Shown piece by piece: positions 38,884-47,526 of a DNA stretch of 64,000 nucleotides (positions are counted from its first letter, which is position 1; each line of letters starts with the position of its first letter). A program made the position numbers and the translations under genes. The notes beneath the pieces were generated by a model. The model did no database searches. It saw only the letters and a program-made list of their open reading frames with translations, and was not told the origin of the DNA. The stretch is from a virus (taxonomy: Duplodnaviria > Caudoviricetes): IMG/VR virus record IMGVR_UViG_2974703886_000001, positions 6,374-70,373 of that record; one strand, 5' to 3'.

Positions 38884-39202
38884 CCACCTGATCCAGAAGG
38901 CCCGCGCCTACTCCCTCAACGTTGATCCCGAGAAGCTCGAATACGTTCCTGCACCGGCATCCTGGATTCGCCAGGGTCGATACGAGGACAATGACCTCTT
39001 CACTGATCGCCGTGCGGCAGAACTGAATTGGCTCCGCAAGTGCTGGGAGACCTGCGACGTACGCGCCGTCGAGGACAAGTTCGGCATCCGATACCGCAAA
39101 CCGCCTCTGCCGGACGAAGTCCAAGGCGCTGACGCAGCGCGAGTGTGGCACCGCGAACAGGCCCGCGCCTGGATCGCCGAACAAAGGAGTCGGTTGGAGT
39201 GA
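38750..39202 (+). CDS. Replication initiator C-terminal-domain-like protein / helicase loader
   Basis: [12 protein letters not shown]...YVPAPASWIRQGRYED, directly before dnaB. Confidence 0.65.
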   Translation: MTPAQLRLKNRKLFEQFWAAYPKKVAINEAERAFTEAIESGASPDHLIQKARAYSLNVDPEKLEYVPAPASWIRQGRYEDNDLFTDRRAAELNWLRKCWETCDVRAVEDKFGIRYRKPPLPDEVQGADAARVWHREQARAWIAEQRSRLE

Positions 39203-40464
39203 CGGAGCCGCAGCACGATCTGCAGGCTGAGCAGTCGCTTCTGGGCGCAATTCTCCAGTTCCCCAAGGTAATTCCCGATGTCGCACAGAAGGTGCAGGCA
39301 TCGGACCTGTACCTGCCCAAGCATGAGCTGGTCTTCGACGCAGCCATGCACCTGTTCAACAACGGTGACCCCGTCGATGCCACCACGGTTGCCGCCGAGC
39401 TTGACCGGCGCAAGCAACTGGTGAAGATCGGTGGGGCACCGTTCCTGTTTGAGCTGATCTCGATCCCAGTCGTCGCCGACGCCGCGCCGGTCTACGCAGG
39501 CATTGTCGCGAGCAAGTCGCGGCTGCGCCGGATCGCCGAGCTGGGCACCCGGCTGCAATCGGCCAGCAATGACATGGAAGCCGACGAAGCCGTCGCCGCT
39601 CTCCACCAGTTCATGGACGAGCTGGAGATTGAAAAGGAGTGTGGCGCTGAGGGTTTCCAGGATGTCTACGAAGACTGGCTGGAGTGGCAGGAGTCGCCCG
39701 ATGTCGACCCGCCGATCCCGACGCCCTGGTACGAGGTCAACGAGGAGCTGACGGGCGGCTACCACCGGCAGCGCTTGTACATCGTCGGCGCTCGTCCCGG
39801 CTGCGGCAAGTCGAACTGGGGCCTGAACAGCGTCCTGCACGCCGCCATGGCGGGCTATAGCACCATGGTGTTCAGCCTGGAGATGCCCAAGAACGAGGTG
39901 ATGTCCAGGCTCCTGGCCTCCGGTGCCCGCGTCCCGCTCAAGGACATCATCCGGCGGCGCATGACCGGCGAGGATCTGGCCAAGGTGCATCGCTTCATGG
40001 CGTCGACCGGCAACTACAAGATCACCATCAACGACGACCCAGGCCACACCATCGAGACGATCATGGCCGCGTGCCGCGCCCAGAAGCGCGAGGGGCTGGA
40101 CCTGGTGTTCATCGACTACGCACAGCTCCTGCAGGCGTCTGACCCGAAAGCGCAGCGGTACCAACAGGTTGCGTGGATCAGCAAGATGGCGAAGATCATG
40201 GCCCGCCGCCTGAACGTCGCCGTCATCCTTGCCTGCCAACTGAATCGAGAATCGGAGAAAGAGAAGCGCATGCCACGTATGAGTGACCTGCGTGAGTCCG
40301 GCGACCTGGAAGCGGACGCCGACGCAATCGTGATGCTGACTCGCGGAGACGACGAGGACGACTTCGGAATCATCAAGGCGTGCTTCGTGAAGAACCGCAC
40401 CGGAACGCCGGATGCCGTTGTGCCGCTTGAGGAACGGTTCCACATCGCGAGGCTGGGCGCATGA
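39199..40464 (+). CDS. dnaB: DnaB-like replicative helicase
   Basis: GARPGCGKS, FIDYAQL, QLNR, DLRESGDLEADAD. Confidence 0.93.
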   Translation: MTEPQHDLQAEQSLLGAILQFPKVIPDVAQKVQASDLYLPKHELVFDAAMHLFNNGDPVDATTVAAELDRRKQLVKIGGAPFLFELISIPVVADAAPVYAGIVASKSRLRRIAELGTRLQSASNDMEADEAVAALHQFMDELEIEKECGAEGFQDVYEDWLEWQESPDVDPPIPTPWYEVNEELTGGYHRQRLYIVGARPGCGKSNWGLNSVLHAAMAGYSTMVFSLEMPKNEVMSRLLASGARVPLKDIIRRRMTGEDLAKVHRFMASTGNYKITINDDPGHTIETIMAACRAQKREGLDLVFIDYAQLLQASDPKAQRYQQVAWISKMAKIMARRLNVAVILACQLNRESEKEKRMPRMSDLRESGDLEADADAIVMLTRGDDEDDFGIIKACFVKNRTGTPDAVVPLEERFHIARLGA

Positions 40465-40775
40465 AGCTCTGGCAGCACGGCAACGAGTGGGTGAGCTACG
40501 CCAACTGTGGCGGTGTCATCGACCACATCCTCCCTCCGGAGCGCGAGGACGACGGCCCGGTGGCCGACCAGGAGAAGGTCGAGTTCATCTGCAACAAGTG
40601 CCAGGTCCGGCCCGAGTGCGCCAAGTGGGCTGTCCGCAAACAGGCGCACGGCGTGTGGGCCTGCGGCAGGTACATCCCCGGCCACGACGAGGACCGGCGG
40701 CAGGCGAACAGGGTCCGCAGAGAGTTAGCTGAGACGATCCACCTCGAGCTGGCCCGCAGGGGCGACGACTTCTGA
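40461..40775 (+). CDS. whiB: WhiB-family regulator
   Basis: C...CxxCxVxxEC; GVWACG. Confidence 0.75.
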   Translation: MKLWQHGNEWVSYANCGGVIDHILPPEREDDGPVADQEKVEFICNKCQVRPECAKWAVRKQAHGVWACGRYIPGHDEDRRQANRVRRELAETIHLELARRGDDF

Positions 40776-40848
40776 CTGGACGCACGTACCTACTGGCGAG
40801 TAGGTACGTCATGGATATTTCGTACGTACACCGGAGTTTGCTGAAATC

Positions 40849-41280
40849 ATGACACAGGCACGCAAACGGAGCCGCAAGTCGGCGCGGGCGGCGGGGTCGC
40901 GATTCAACCGAGAGATCGCGACGTACCTCCGAGACCAGCTTAAAGACGAGGCGATCATCAAGTCGCCGTCCTGGGGAGCCAAGGATAAGGGCGATGTCTG
41001 GAACGTCCGCTTCCATGGTCAGAGGGTCGTTATAGAGACTAAAGACGTTGCTCGCGTCTGTCTTCCGCAATGGACAGAAGAAGCTAATATGGAGGCACAC
41101 AACGCAGAGGCCCTGGCGGGGCTGGTGATTCACAAGCGTCACGGCGTCAGTGATCCCGGCAAACAGTGGGTTAGCTGCACTGTGGACGATCTAGTGGCCC
41201 TCTTCACGGGAGAGCCATCGAAGAGAGTGAGGGAGAGAGCAAAGGATGACCGCGCCGATCATCGAGACGAAGGCGACTGA
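40849..41280 (+). CDS. Holliday junction resolvase-like PD-(D/E)XK nuclease
   Basis: G.RFNRE...DKGD...IETK. Confidence 0.7.
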   Translation: MTQARKRSRKSARAAGSRFNREIATYLRDQLKDEAIIKSPSWGAKDKGDVWNVRFHGQRVVIETKDVARVCLPQWTEEANMEAHNAEALAGLVIHKRHGVSDPGKQWVSCTVDDLVALFTGEPSKRVRERAKDDRADHRDEGD

Positions 41281-41824
41281 CGACTGGCGTACCCGTCGCA
41301 TCTGCGACACCACGGTGGCCCACCTGTTCGATGAAGACGACGACGGAAGCTACCCGTTCGAGGCCGAGGCCAAGCGGATCTGCGGCAACTGCCCGGTTCG
41401 CAACCTGTGCCTGAACGAGGCGATGAAATCCCGTGAGGATTACGGGATTTGGGGCGGACTGAACCCCAAGGAACGTGAGCGCTACCGCAAGATGTGGAAG
41501 CTGCAGAACCCGCAGACCCAGGCCCAGAAGGTTCGCCGTCGCGGCGGGGTGATGAACACCGCGTCGGCTGAGGCCCGGTACGACGCCCGCCTCGCCAAGG
41601 CCCGCGCCGCCCGCGAGCGTCTGCTGATTCTGCCCGAGGACTACTCGCTCCGCATCGAGAAGGTCGGCACCTACAGCCGCAACCAGTTCCTCCAGGTGAT
41701 CGACATGGTGATCGCCAACCCGACGTTGGACGCGGCGTCCCTCGCGGCCCGCGTGAACCGTTCCCAGACCTGGCTGAACGGAATCCTCAACGGAATCTTC
41801 AAGGAATTCAAGGTGAGCGCGTGA
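41246..41824 (+). CDS. whiB: WhiB-family regulator with C-terminal extension
   Basis: AKRICGNCPVRNLC...YGIWGG. Confidence 0.85.
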   Translation: MTAPIIETKATDDWRTRRICDTTVAHLFDEDDDGSYPFEAEAKRICGNCPVRNLCLNEAMKSREDYGIWGGLNPKERERYRKMWKLQNPQTQAQKVRRRGGVMNTASAEARYDARLAKARAARERLLILPEDYSLRIEKVGTYSRNQFLQVIDMVIANPTLDAASLAARVNRSQTWLNGILNGIFKEFKVSA

Positions 41825-42057
41825 GGAAGGAGATCAAGGTGGCTGCTGACGCACCAGGCACCGTACGGGTCAGCGTCCAAAAAAACGTGACCAAGCTCTA
41901 CGTCAAGGTGGGCGAAGAGCATTGGGACGCCCACTACATCGACCGCAAGACCGGCAAGGTGTTCTCGCCGGGATACGCGTTCAATGACGAAGTTCCGTCG
42001 ATTTACCCGAAGGTATTCGACCCGACAGAACCGGCGAAGTACGTAACGCCGTTCTGA
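41821..42057 (+). CDS. Hypothetical protein
   Basis: GTGA overlap. Confidence 0.6.
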   Translation: MRKEIKVAADAPGTVRVSVQKNVTKLYVKVGEEHWDAHYIDRKTGKVFSPGYAFNDEVPSIYPKVFDPTEPAKYVTPF

Positions 42058-42086
42058 GATCGACGGCCCCCCAAGGGATCTGGGTG

Positions 42087-42092
42087 TAGAAT
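42087..42092 (+). promoter_or_regulatory. Putative -10 TAGAAT in intergenic gap
   Basis: Similar context (TAGAATGA) to 16837 and 24736. Confidence 0.35.
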
Positions 42093-42227
42093 GATGGTGG
42101 AAGAACGAGAAGCATCGCGCTGGAGCTGTGCTCGCGTCGGTGCAGCCCCCCGAGGTCTTCTGTCGCTGCCCTCACTCTCTCCCTGTCGCGAGCCTGCGGG
42201 GGGCCTTCCCTCTTCCCAGGAGAATCC

Positions 42228-42779
42228 ATGAGCGAAAAGCTCCACGTCGGCATCGACCTCGACGGGGTGGTGTACGACTTCACTGACTCCTTCCGCCGAC
42301 ACCTCGGTGACCCGACGCTCCCTGAGCCTGACCGCTGGGAGATGTGGGTGTCCTGGGGGATGAGCTACGAGGAGTGGCACCGGGAGTTCGTCGCCGGTAT
42401 CGAGTCCGGCGTGATCTTCGGCACGGGCGAGCCGCACGAGGGCGCGGTCGAGGCCCTGCGAGAGTTGGCCAAGGACAACTTCATCCACATCGTCACGCAC
42501 CGTGACATCCACGTGAAAGCCTTTGGCCTGACGGCGGAATGGCTCCACGAGGTCGGCATCCCGTACACGTCGTTGACGTTCTCCAAGGACAAGACGATTG
42601 TCCCCACGGACATCTTCCTGGAGGACAACGTCGACAACGCGAAGTCCCTGGAAGACTTTGGCACCGTGGCGATCCTGATGGATCGGGCCTGGAACCGCTA
42701 CTCGCGCATCGAGCGCGTGTCGGGCTGGCCCGAGTTCCGCGAGCGAGTCGAGTTCTACAAAGACGCTTGGAGTTGGTAA
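42228..42779 (+). CDS. HAD-family 5'(3')-deoxyribonucleotidase
   Basis: IDLDGV (DxD); FLEDN. Confidence 0.8.
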   Translation: MSEKLHVGIDLDGVVYDFTDSFRRHLGDPTLPEPDRWEMWVSWGMSYEEWHREFVAGIESGVIFGTGEPHEGAVEALRELAKDNFIHIVTHRDIHVKAFGLTAEWLHEVGIPYTSLTFSKDKTIVPTDIFLEDNVDNAKSLEDFGTVAILMDRAWNRYSRIERVSGWPEFRERVEFYKDAWSW

Positions 42780-43028
42780 GTGACCGCAGTACTTCCGATT
42801 TCGCCGCTTGAGAAGGCCCAGAAGGGCCTCCAGGACGGCACTCTCACCATTGACGACAAGGGCAAGCTGGTCGCCGCCGAGCAGGACGAGAACGAGGGCA
42901 CCTGGTTCCGCGTCCCGAACCGGCGCATGAAGCGGCTGTACCGCCAGCAGCACGGCGAGAAGCAGCCCTTCCGGAGCCGCTGCCAGCGTGTCCGCAACCG
43001 TATCCGCAAGGAGAAGTTCGGTAGGTGA
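42780..43028 (+). CDS. Hypothetical protein
   Basis: ORF track; codon bias. Confidence 0.55.
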   Translation: MTAVLPISPLEKAQKGLQDGTLTIDDKGKLVAAEQDENEGTWFRVPNRRMKRLYRQQHGEKQPFRSRCQRVRNRIRKEKFGR

Positions 43029-43108
43029 CCGACCGAAAGCTGTGCGAGCAGTGCGGCATTCGGTCAGTCACTCAAGTGGGCGCATGAGGTTATCGAAAGG
43101 TACGAGAA

Positions 43109-43801
43109 GTGAGCGACGAGGTTCGCGTAGTTTCTTCAACGGGTGGCCGAAAGGGCACCAAGCTGGAGAGGCCAGATCTCATTCCGCCGTCGGCGCTTGT
43201 GGAGCTGGCCCGCCATTTCGGCATCGGTGCCGACAAGTACACAGAGCGCGACGAGGACGGCAACGTCGTTCACAACGGCGCTTACAACTGGTTGCGGGGG
43301 TATGACTGGAGCCTCTCCTTTGCGGCCCTGCAGCGTCACGCCCTGGCGTTCTGGGCGGGCGAGGACTATGACCTGTGCAAGTGTCAAGAGCCAGCGGAGT
43401 CCCTGCCCTGCAAGACGTGTGGGGCCACAGGGTCAAAGCACATCATCGCCGCCATGTGGCACTGTGCAGTGCTGTCGGTCTTCATGGACCAGTACCAGCA
43501 GTTTGATGATCGCCCTGTTCGCTTCCTGGAGCGCCTGGGGGTTGATCGCGAGCCTGCGGAGAACGTGGGGGATGAGTCCCCACTCGGGTACAGCCGGGGC
43601 GACCAGGTCGAGCGCCTGACTACCCGTGAGTGCCTGTACAGGTGGAAGGATCTGTGCGGTGATCCGATCCTGGAGTACCAGTGGATAGACGGCAAGTGGC
43701 GCTACCGCAGACTCGGTAGCGATAACCCCTGGTTCGCTTCTGTCACTGAGGATGACGGCGTCACCGTGCCAGCCGGTGAAGGGCCATTCGAGAGGCTGTA
43801 G
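43109..43801 (+). CDS. DUF5664 dATP/dGTP diphosphohydrolase-domain protein
   Basis: GRKG.K...DLIP...GADKY...NW.RG...ALQRH. Confidence 0.78.
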   Translation: MSDEVRVVSSTGGRKGTKLERPDLIPPSALVELARHFGIGADKYTERDEDGNVVHNGAYNWLRGYDWSLSFAALQRHALAFWAGEDYDLCKCQEPAESLPCKTCGATGSKHIIAAMWHCAVLSVFMDQYQQFDDRPVRFLERLGVDREPAENVGDESPLGYSRGDQVERLTTRECLYRWKDLCGDPILEYQWIDGKWRYRRLGSDNPWFASVTEDDGVTVPAGEGPFERL

Positions 43802-43804
43802 GCC

Positions 43805-44059
43805 ATGCACGACAGCACAAAGGCGTGGATCGGTCTCGTGGCCTACGTCGCTGTTGTGGAGGCGATCCTGCCGCGAGACGACATGATGTCGCACGCATTC
43901 GACCGCTGGCTGCAAGACAACGTCAAAGCCGTTGCCCTGGTTGGGGTGACGGCTGCGACTGTCTTGCACCTGTTCAACGTGACACCACCGCAGGTGGATC
44001 TGTTCGGCGCAGTCTTCCGCTGCCTCAACTGGATTGGTGGTCGCATATGCAGGGCGTAG
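43805..44059 (+). CDS. Membrane protein
   Basis: Two hydrophobic segments. Confidence 0.65.
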   Translation: MHDSTKAWIGLVAYVAVVEAILPRDDMMSHAFDRWLQDNVKAVALVGVTAATVLHLFNVTPPQVDLFGAVFRCLNWIGGRICRA

Positions 44060-44409
44060 GTTCGGTCCAGCTCCACCGCAAGGGCAAGGAGTGGACCATT
44101 CCGGTTGTCCCAGGGCTGTTCTGGGCGCAACTGATTGACGAGCTGTTCCCCGGTGACGAGGTGGACCTCACTGGCCTTGGCGTCCCATGCCTGGACGTGA
44201 TGTACACGAAGCCGAGACGTATTGTGCGCGAACCGTATCGAGACTTCGCTGCGACCACACCGTTAGCACCGGAATTCGTTAGGCTTGATGTCAACACCGA
44301 ATGTCACACCTGTCACAGGGTGGCAGCTCACCGGATAGTGGTTGGGGACGACGGTCTCAGACGCCGATGCGCCCTCAAGCGCTGCAACGGAGAATGGACG
44401 GTTCAGTGA
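44047..44409 (+). CDS. Hypothetical Zn-ribbon protein
   Basis: CHTC...C.LKRC. Confidence 0.55.
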   Translation: MQGVGSVQLHRKGKEWTIPVVPGLFWAQLIDELFPGDEVDLTGLGVPCLDVMYTKPRRIVREPYRDFAATTPLAPEFVRLDVNTECHTCHRVAAHRIVVGDDGLRRRCALKRCNGEWTVQ

Positions 44410-44446
44410 AACGACTTCTGATCGGACTAGCAGCAGTAGGTTCGCA

Positions 44447-45250
44447 ATGAGTGAGCCGAGGATTCTCGTCATCGACATCGAGCGCCAATCCGCTCTGGTC
44501 GATGGCGTCTGGGACGCGAAGTCCAAGCGGTACATCCACCCGAACCAGATCATCGAGCCTGCCCGCACGATCTGCTTCGCCTACCACTGGATCGGCGAGG
44601 ACGAGATCAGCTTCCTGGCCGAGTGGCACTTCAAGGGCCTGCAGGACAACACCAAGCTGGCCCCTGGCGGCGGGCACAAGAAGATGATCCAGGAGGCGCA
44701 CAAGCTCCTGGACGAGGCCGACTACGTCGTGGGCTGGAACAGCAAGGCGTTCGACGTGAAGCACCTCAAGGCGGCGTTCTGGGCCTACAACATGACCCCG
44801 CCGTCGCCGCATGTCGACCTGGACCTGATGGTCCAGACGGTCAACAACTTCGAGCTGATGAGTGCTCGCCTGGACTACGTGGCCAAGCAGTCGGAGCTGG
44901 AAGCCAAGCTCGAGGTCGACCACCGGCTGTGGCGCAAGCTCCGCTTCTCCAAGGGCGACGAGCTGGCCGAGGCCCGCGAGCGTATGTGCGACTACAACGT
45001 CCACGATGTGCAGATCACCGCAGAGCTGTACTACAAGTGCCTGCCGTGGCTGAAGGGCATGAACGTGGCCCTGTTCGCCGAGACGGACGACGTGACGCCG
45101 ATGTGCGTCAACTGTGGCTCTGCCGACCTGGAGAGCCGTGGCTGGGCACCGGCACGGACGTACCGGTACCGGCGCTATCGCTGCCGCGAGTGTGGCAAGT
45201 GGAATCGGGGCCGCAAGAGCTTCCACAGGACCGAGCTGGTGGGCCTCTGA
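44447..45250 (+). CDS. DEDD / RNase H-like 3'-5' exonuclease with C-terminal Zn ribbon
   Basis: IDIE, GWNSKAFD, YNVHDV; CVNC...CREC. Confidence 0.8.
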   Translation: MSEPRILVIDIERQSALVDGVWDAKSKRYIHPNQIIEPARTICFAYHWIGEDEISFLAEWHFKGLQDNTKLAPGGGHKKMIQEAHKLLDEADYVVGWNSKAFDVKHLKAAFWAYNMTPPSPHVDLDLMVQTVNNFELMSARLDYVAKQSELEAKLEVDHRLWRKLRFSKGDELAEARERMCDYNVHDVQITAELYYKCLPWLKGMNVALFAETDDVTPMCVNCGSADLESRGWAPARTYRYRRYRCRECGKWNRGRKSFHRTELVGL

Positions 45251-45483
45251 TGTGCGCCTACGAGAACGCACGAGACTTCATCAAGGCGCGGCTGGCGCAG
45301 GGTGACACACGACCCGCACTGGCCGACGCCATAACGGTTCTGATCGAACGGGCAGAGCTGTGGCGCAAAGGCGCAGAGTTCCCCGACTTCGATGGTGGCT
45401 ACGCCTCAGGCTGTGAGGACGCCGTCATGACGATGGCTGCCGTGTGGCGGCACCACCCTGACTACAACCCAAACTGGTCATAG
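45250..45483 (+). CDS. Hypothetical protein
   Basis: TGATG overlap. Confidence 0.55.
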   Translation: MCAYENARDFIKARLAQGDTRPALADAITVLIERAELWRKGAEFPDFDGGYASGCEDAVMTMAAVWRHHPDYNPNWS

Positions 45484-45515
45484 CTCGACGCGTGTGAGCA
45501 CCGGAATCGCCGACA

Positions 45516-46091
45516 ATGGAATCAACAACGGGACAAGTTGATTCACGGAGGTTCGAGCACAAAGTGTGGGCCAAGGTTCCAGGTCTGCAGGAGCGGTACG
45601 AAGTCAGCCCAGAGGGCGTGGTTCGGACTCTGCCCTACGTGGTGGAGATCAGCCAGATTCGCAACGGTGTGATGGTCAAACAGCACCGCAAGTACTCAGG
45701 GCGGATCTGCCCGCAACGCCTGAGCCGTGGGGGCAAGTACTACAACCACGTCATCGTCAGCGTCCAGCGCGAGGGCGGATACAAGACCGAGATGCGGGTC
45801 GACAACATCGTCGCCCGCACGTTCCTGGGGCTGCCGTATGACCCCGAGGACCAGCGAGACGTACAGCGCTGGAAGCTCATCCACAAGGATGGCGACATCT
45901 GGAACAACCGTGTCGACAACCTTGAGTGGGTCGAGGTCGGTCACTCGTGGGCTGGCGACAAGTCGGTCGAGTGGATCGCTGAGAACCGGCGCAAGTGGGA
46001 AGAGACCAAGGGCATTGTCCCGCAGTGGATGAAGGACATGTACGCCGAGGAATGGGCCGAGATGGAGGCCCAGGAGAAGGCGGCAGTCTGA
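45516..46091 (+). CDS. NUMOD4-HNH endonuclease-like protein
   Basis: W..VPG...YEVS..G.VR; HKDG...NNRVDNLEW. Confidence 0.78.
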   Translation: MESTTGQVDSRRFEHKVWAKVPGLQERYEVSPEGVVRTLPYVVEISQIRNGVMVKQHRKYSGRICPQRLSRGGKYYNHVIVSVQREGGYKTEMRVDNIVARTFLGLPYDPEDQRDVQRWKLIHKDGDIWNNRVDNLEWVEVGHSWAGDKSVEWIAENRRKWEETKGIVPQWMKDMYAEEWAEMEAQEKAAV

Positions 46092-46309
46092 TGCCGGTCA
46101 TCCCACATCCAGACGCCCCCAAAGGACCGCCTACGAGCGCCAAGGAGGCGTACATCCGCTTCCTGTGCAAGTGGTGCTGGGAGAAGCCGTACCGGGCCGG
46201 TGGCACCGAGTGCGAGGACTGCTTCAAGGCACGCGTCGAGGCCGAGTCGAAAGGAGAGCCTTTCTGGCCTGTAAATGCCTACCAGCAGCAAGAACGGACC
46301 ACGGTCTAG
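46091..46309 (+). CDS. Small Zn-finger hypothetical protein
   Basis: CKWC...CEDC; TGATG overlap. Confidence 0.55.
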   Translation: MPVIPHPDAPKGPPTSAKEAYIRFLCKWCWEKPYRAGGTECEDCFKARVEAESKGEPFWPVNAYQQQERTTV

Positions 46310-46592
46310 GGGTAGGACTGGGGCGAAGTTCTTCAGGGCGCGACAGCGCGTTCTGAGGGCCAATCGCATATGCCACCTCTGCGGCGAGTTCATCGACTTG
46401 AAGCTGAGGTGGCCGGACCCGATGTCGCCCACAGTGGACCACATCATCCCGGTCAAAGACCTTCCGTGGGACCACCCTCTGACCTACTCCGAGGAAAATC
46501 TCAAACCGGCTCATCTCCAGTGCAACCAGCGGCGTGGCGCTGGCGAGGCTCCCAAGCAGGAGCACCCCACCTCCCGCGACTGGTTCGAGTAA
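46275..46592 (+). CDS. HNH endonuclease
   Basis: CHLC...TVDHIIP...NL.PAHLQCN. Confidence 0.85.
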   Translation: MPTSSKNGPRSRGRTGAKFFRARQRVLRANRICHLCGEFIDLKLRWPDPMSPTVDHIIPVKDLPWDHPLTYSEENLKPAHLQCNQRRGAGEAPKQEHPTSRDWFE

Positions 46593-46731
46593 GCACCGGA
46601 AGCCGTCATAATAGAAGTGAGGAACGCGGGAACCCCTCCGGTACCCAAACCCTACGAGACAAACGAAGTCTTTCGGGCCTGCGGAGGGGAACCCAAAGGG
46701 TCTCGCCCAGCTCAACAACTGAATACCGCAA

Positions 46732-47137
46732 GGGGCTGAATTGGTATCGACAGCGGATAGTGATGCTGGAGAAGCGTGCCGGGATGCAACGCCCGTAACA
46801 GTGCAACCCCAATAAGCGCCGACTACAACGACGCTGACTCGATGCTGCAGGCGAGCGCCTCGCTGCTCGCCGAGGCCGTGCTCACCGAGCGCGGTGCTCT
46901 CGTGGCTGCCTGAGAGGGCCGAGTCCGTTGTCCCACAAGCCAATCCCAGGGCGTGTGGTGACAGCGTGGCAAAACTGGGAGACCCGACTGCTCGTCGCCA
47001 GCAGTCGTAGCGAATAGGCGACAACCACTGGGTTCCGGTGTCGGTCCTGGAATCCAGCCGGTAGCAAGACCGACTACGCACGTAGAAGGCCAAGACTGAA
47101 CGTCGACTGGACTCGGGTTCGACTCCCGACAGCTCCA
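46732..47137 (+). ncRNA. ssrA: tmRNA (CCA not encoded); tag frame 46818-46913
   Basis: GGGGCTG/CAGCTCC acceptor with G3-U70; TTCGACT T-loop; AATAAGC-GCC resume site; tag ends LVAA-stop. Confidence 0.95.
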
Positions 47138-47287
47138 CGAACTCCCGCCGCCCCCAAGTGCTGAGGGCTTGCTGCAGGTGCCGGTACAGCGAAGGCCGGG
47201 GCGGGAGTACAGAGTTCCCTGCCAGGAACGCGTGTAACCACACATCCATCCATCACCTCCTCTCTCCTTGTAGTTGTAAACCCGAGG

Positions 47288-47318
47288 AACCCCGGCCCCA
47301 CATTGGCCGGGGTTTCTT
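47288..47318 (+). terminator. Intrinsic terminator after tmRNA
   Basis: aaccccggcc / ggccggggtt followed by ttctt. Confidence 0.7.
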
Positions 47319-47334
47319 GGTTGAAGGGAGCATC

Positions 47335-47487
47335 ATGGCTGACATCGCTTGGGAGAAAAGGCTTGGTGCGGTGAGCATCTGGCACAAGCGCGAGTCTGAC
47401 GATTACCGGAAGATGCGAGAATTGTTGCATGGCAACGGAAAACAAGCGCAAGGTCATTCCCCGCGCCGAGGTGGAAGACCTCGCTAG
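47335..47487 (+). CDS. 50-aa hypothetical protein
   Basis: RBS AAGGGAG. Confidence 0.5.
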   Translation: MADIAWEKRLGAVSIWHKRESDDYRKMRELLHGNGKQAQGHSPRRGGRPR

Positions 47488-47526
47488 CCTTGTTCTGTGA
47501 CGACCGGAATCGGTGAAAATCGTTGT

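Noticed and set aside
38908-40443. 511-aa minus-strand ORF
   Set aside because: Antisense shadow of dnaB.
43109-43801. Z-genome (2-aminoadenine) pathway
   Set aside because: DUF5664 is present but there is no purZ or dedicated polymerase in the window.
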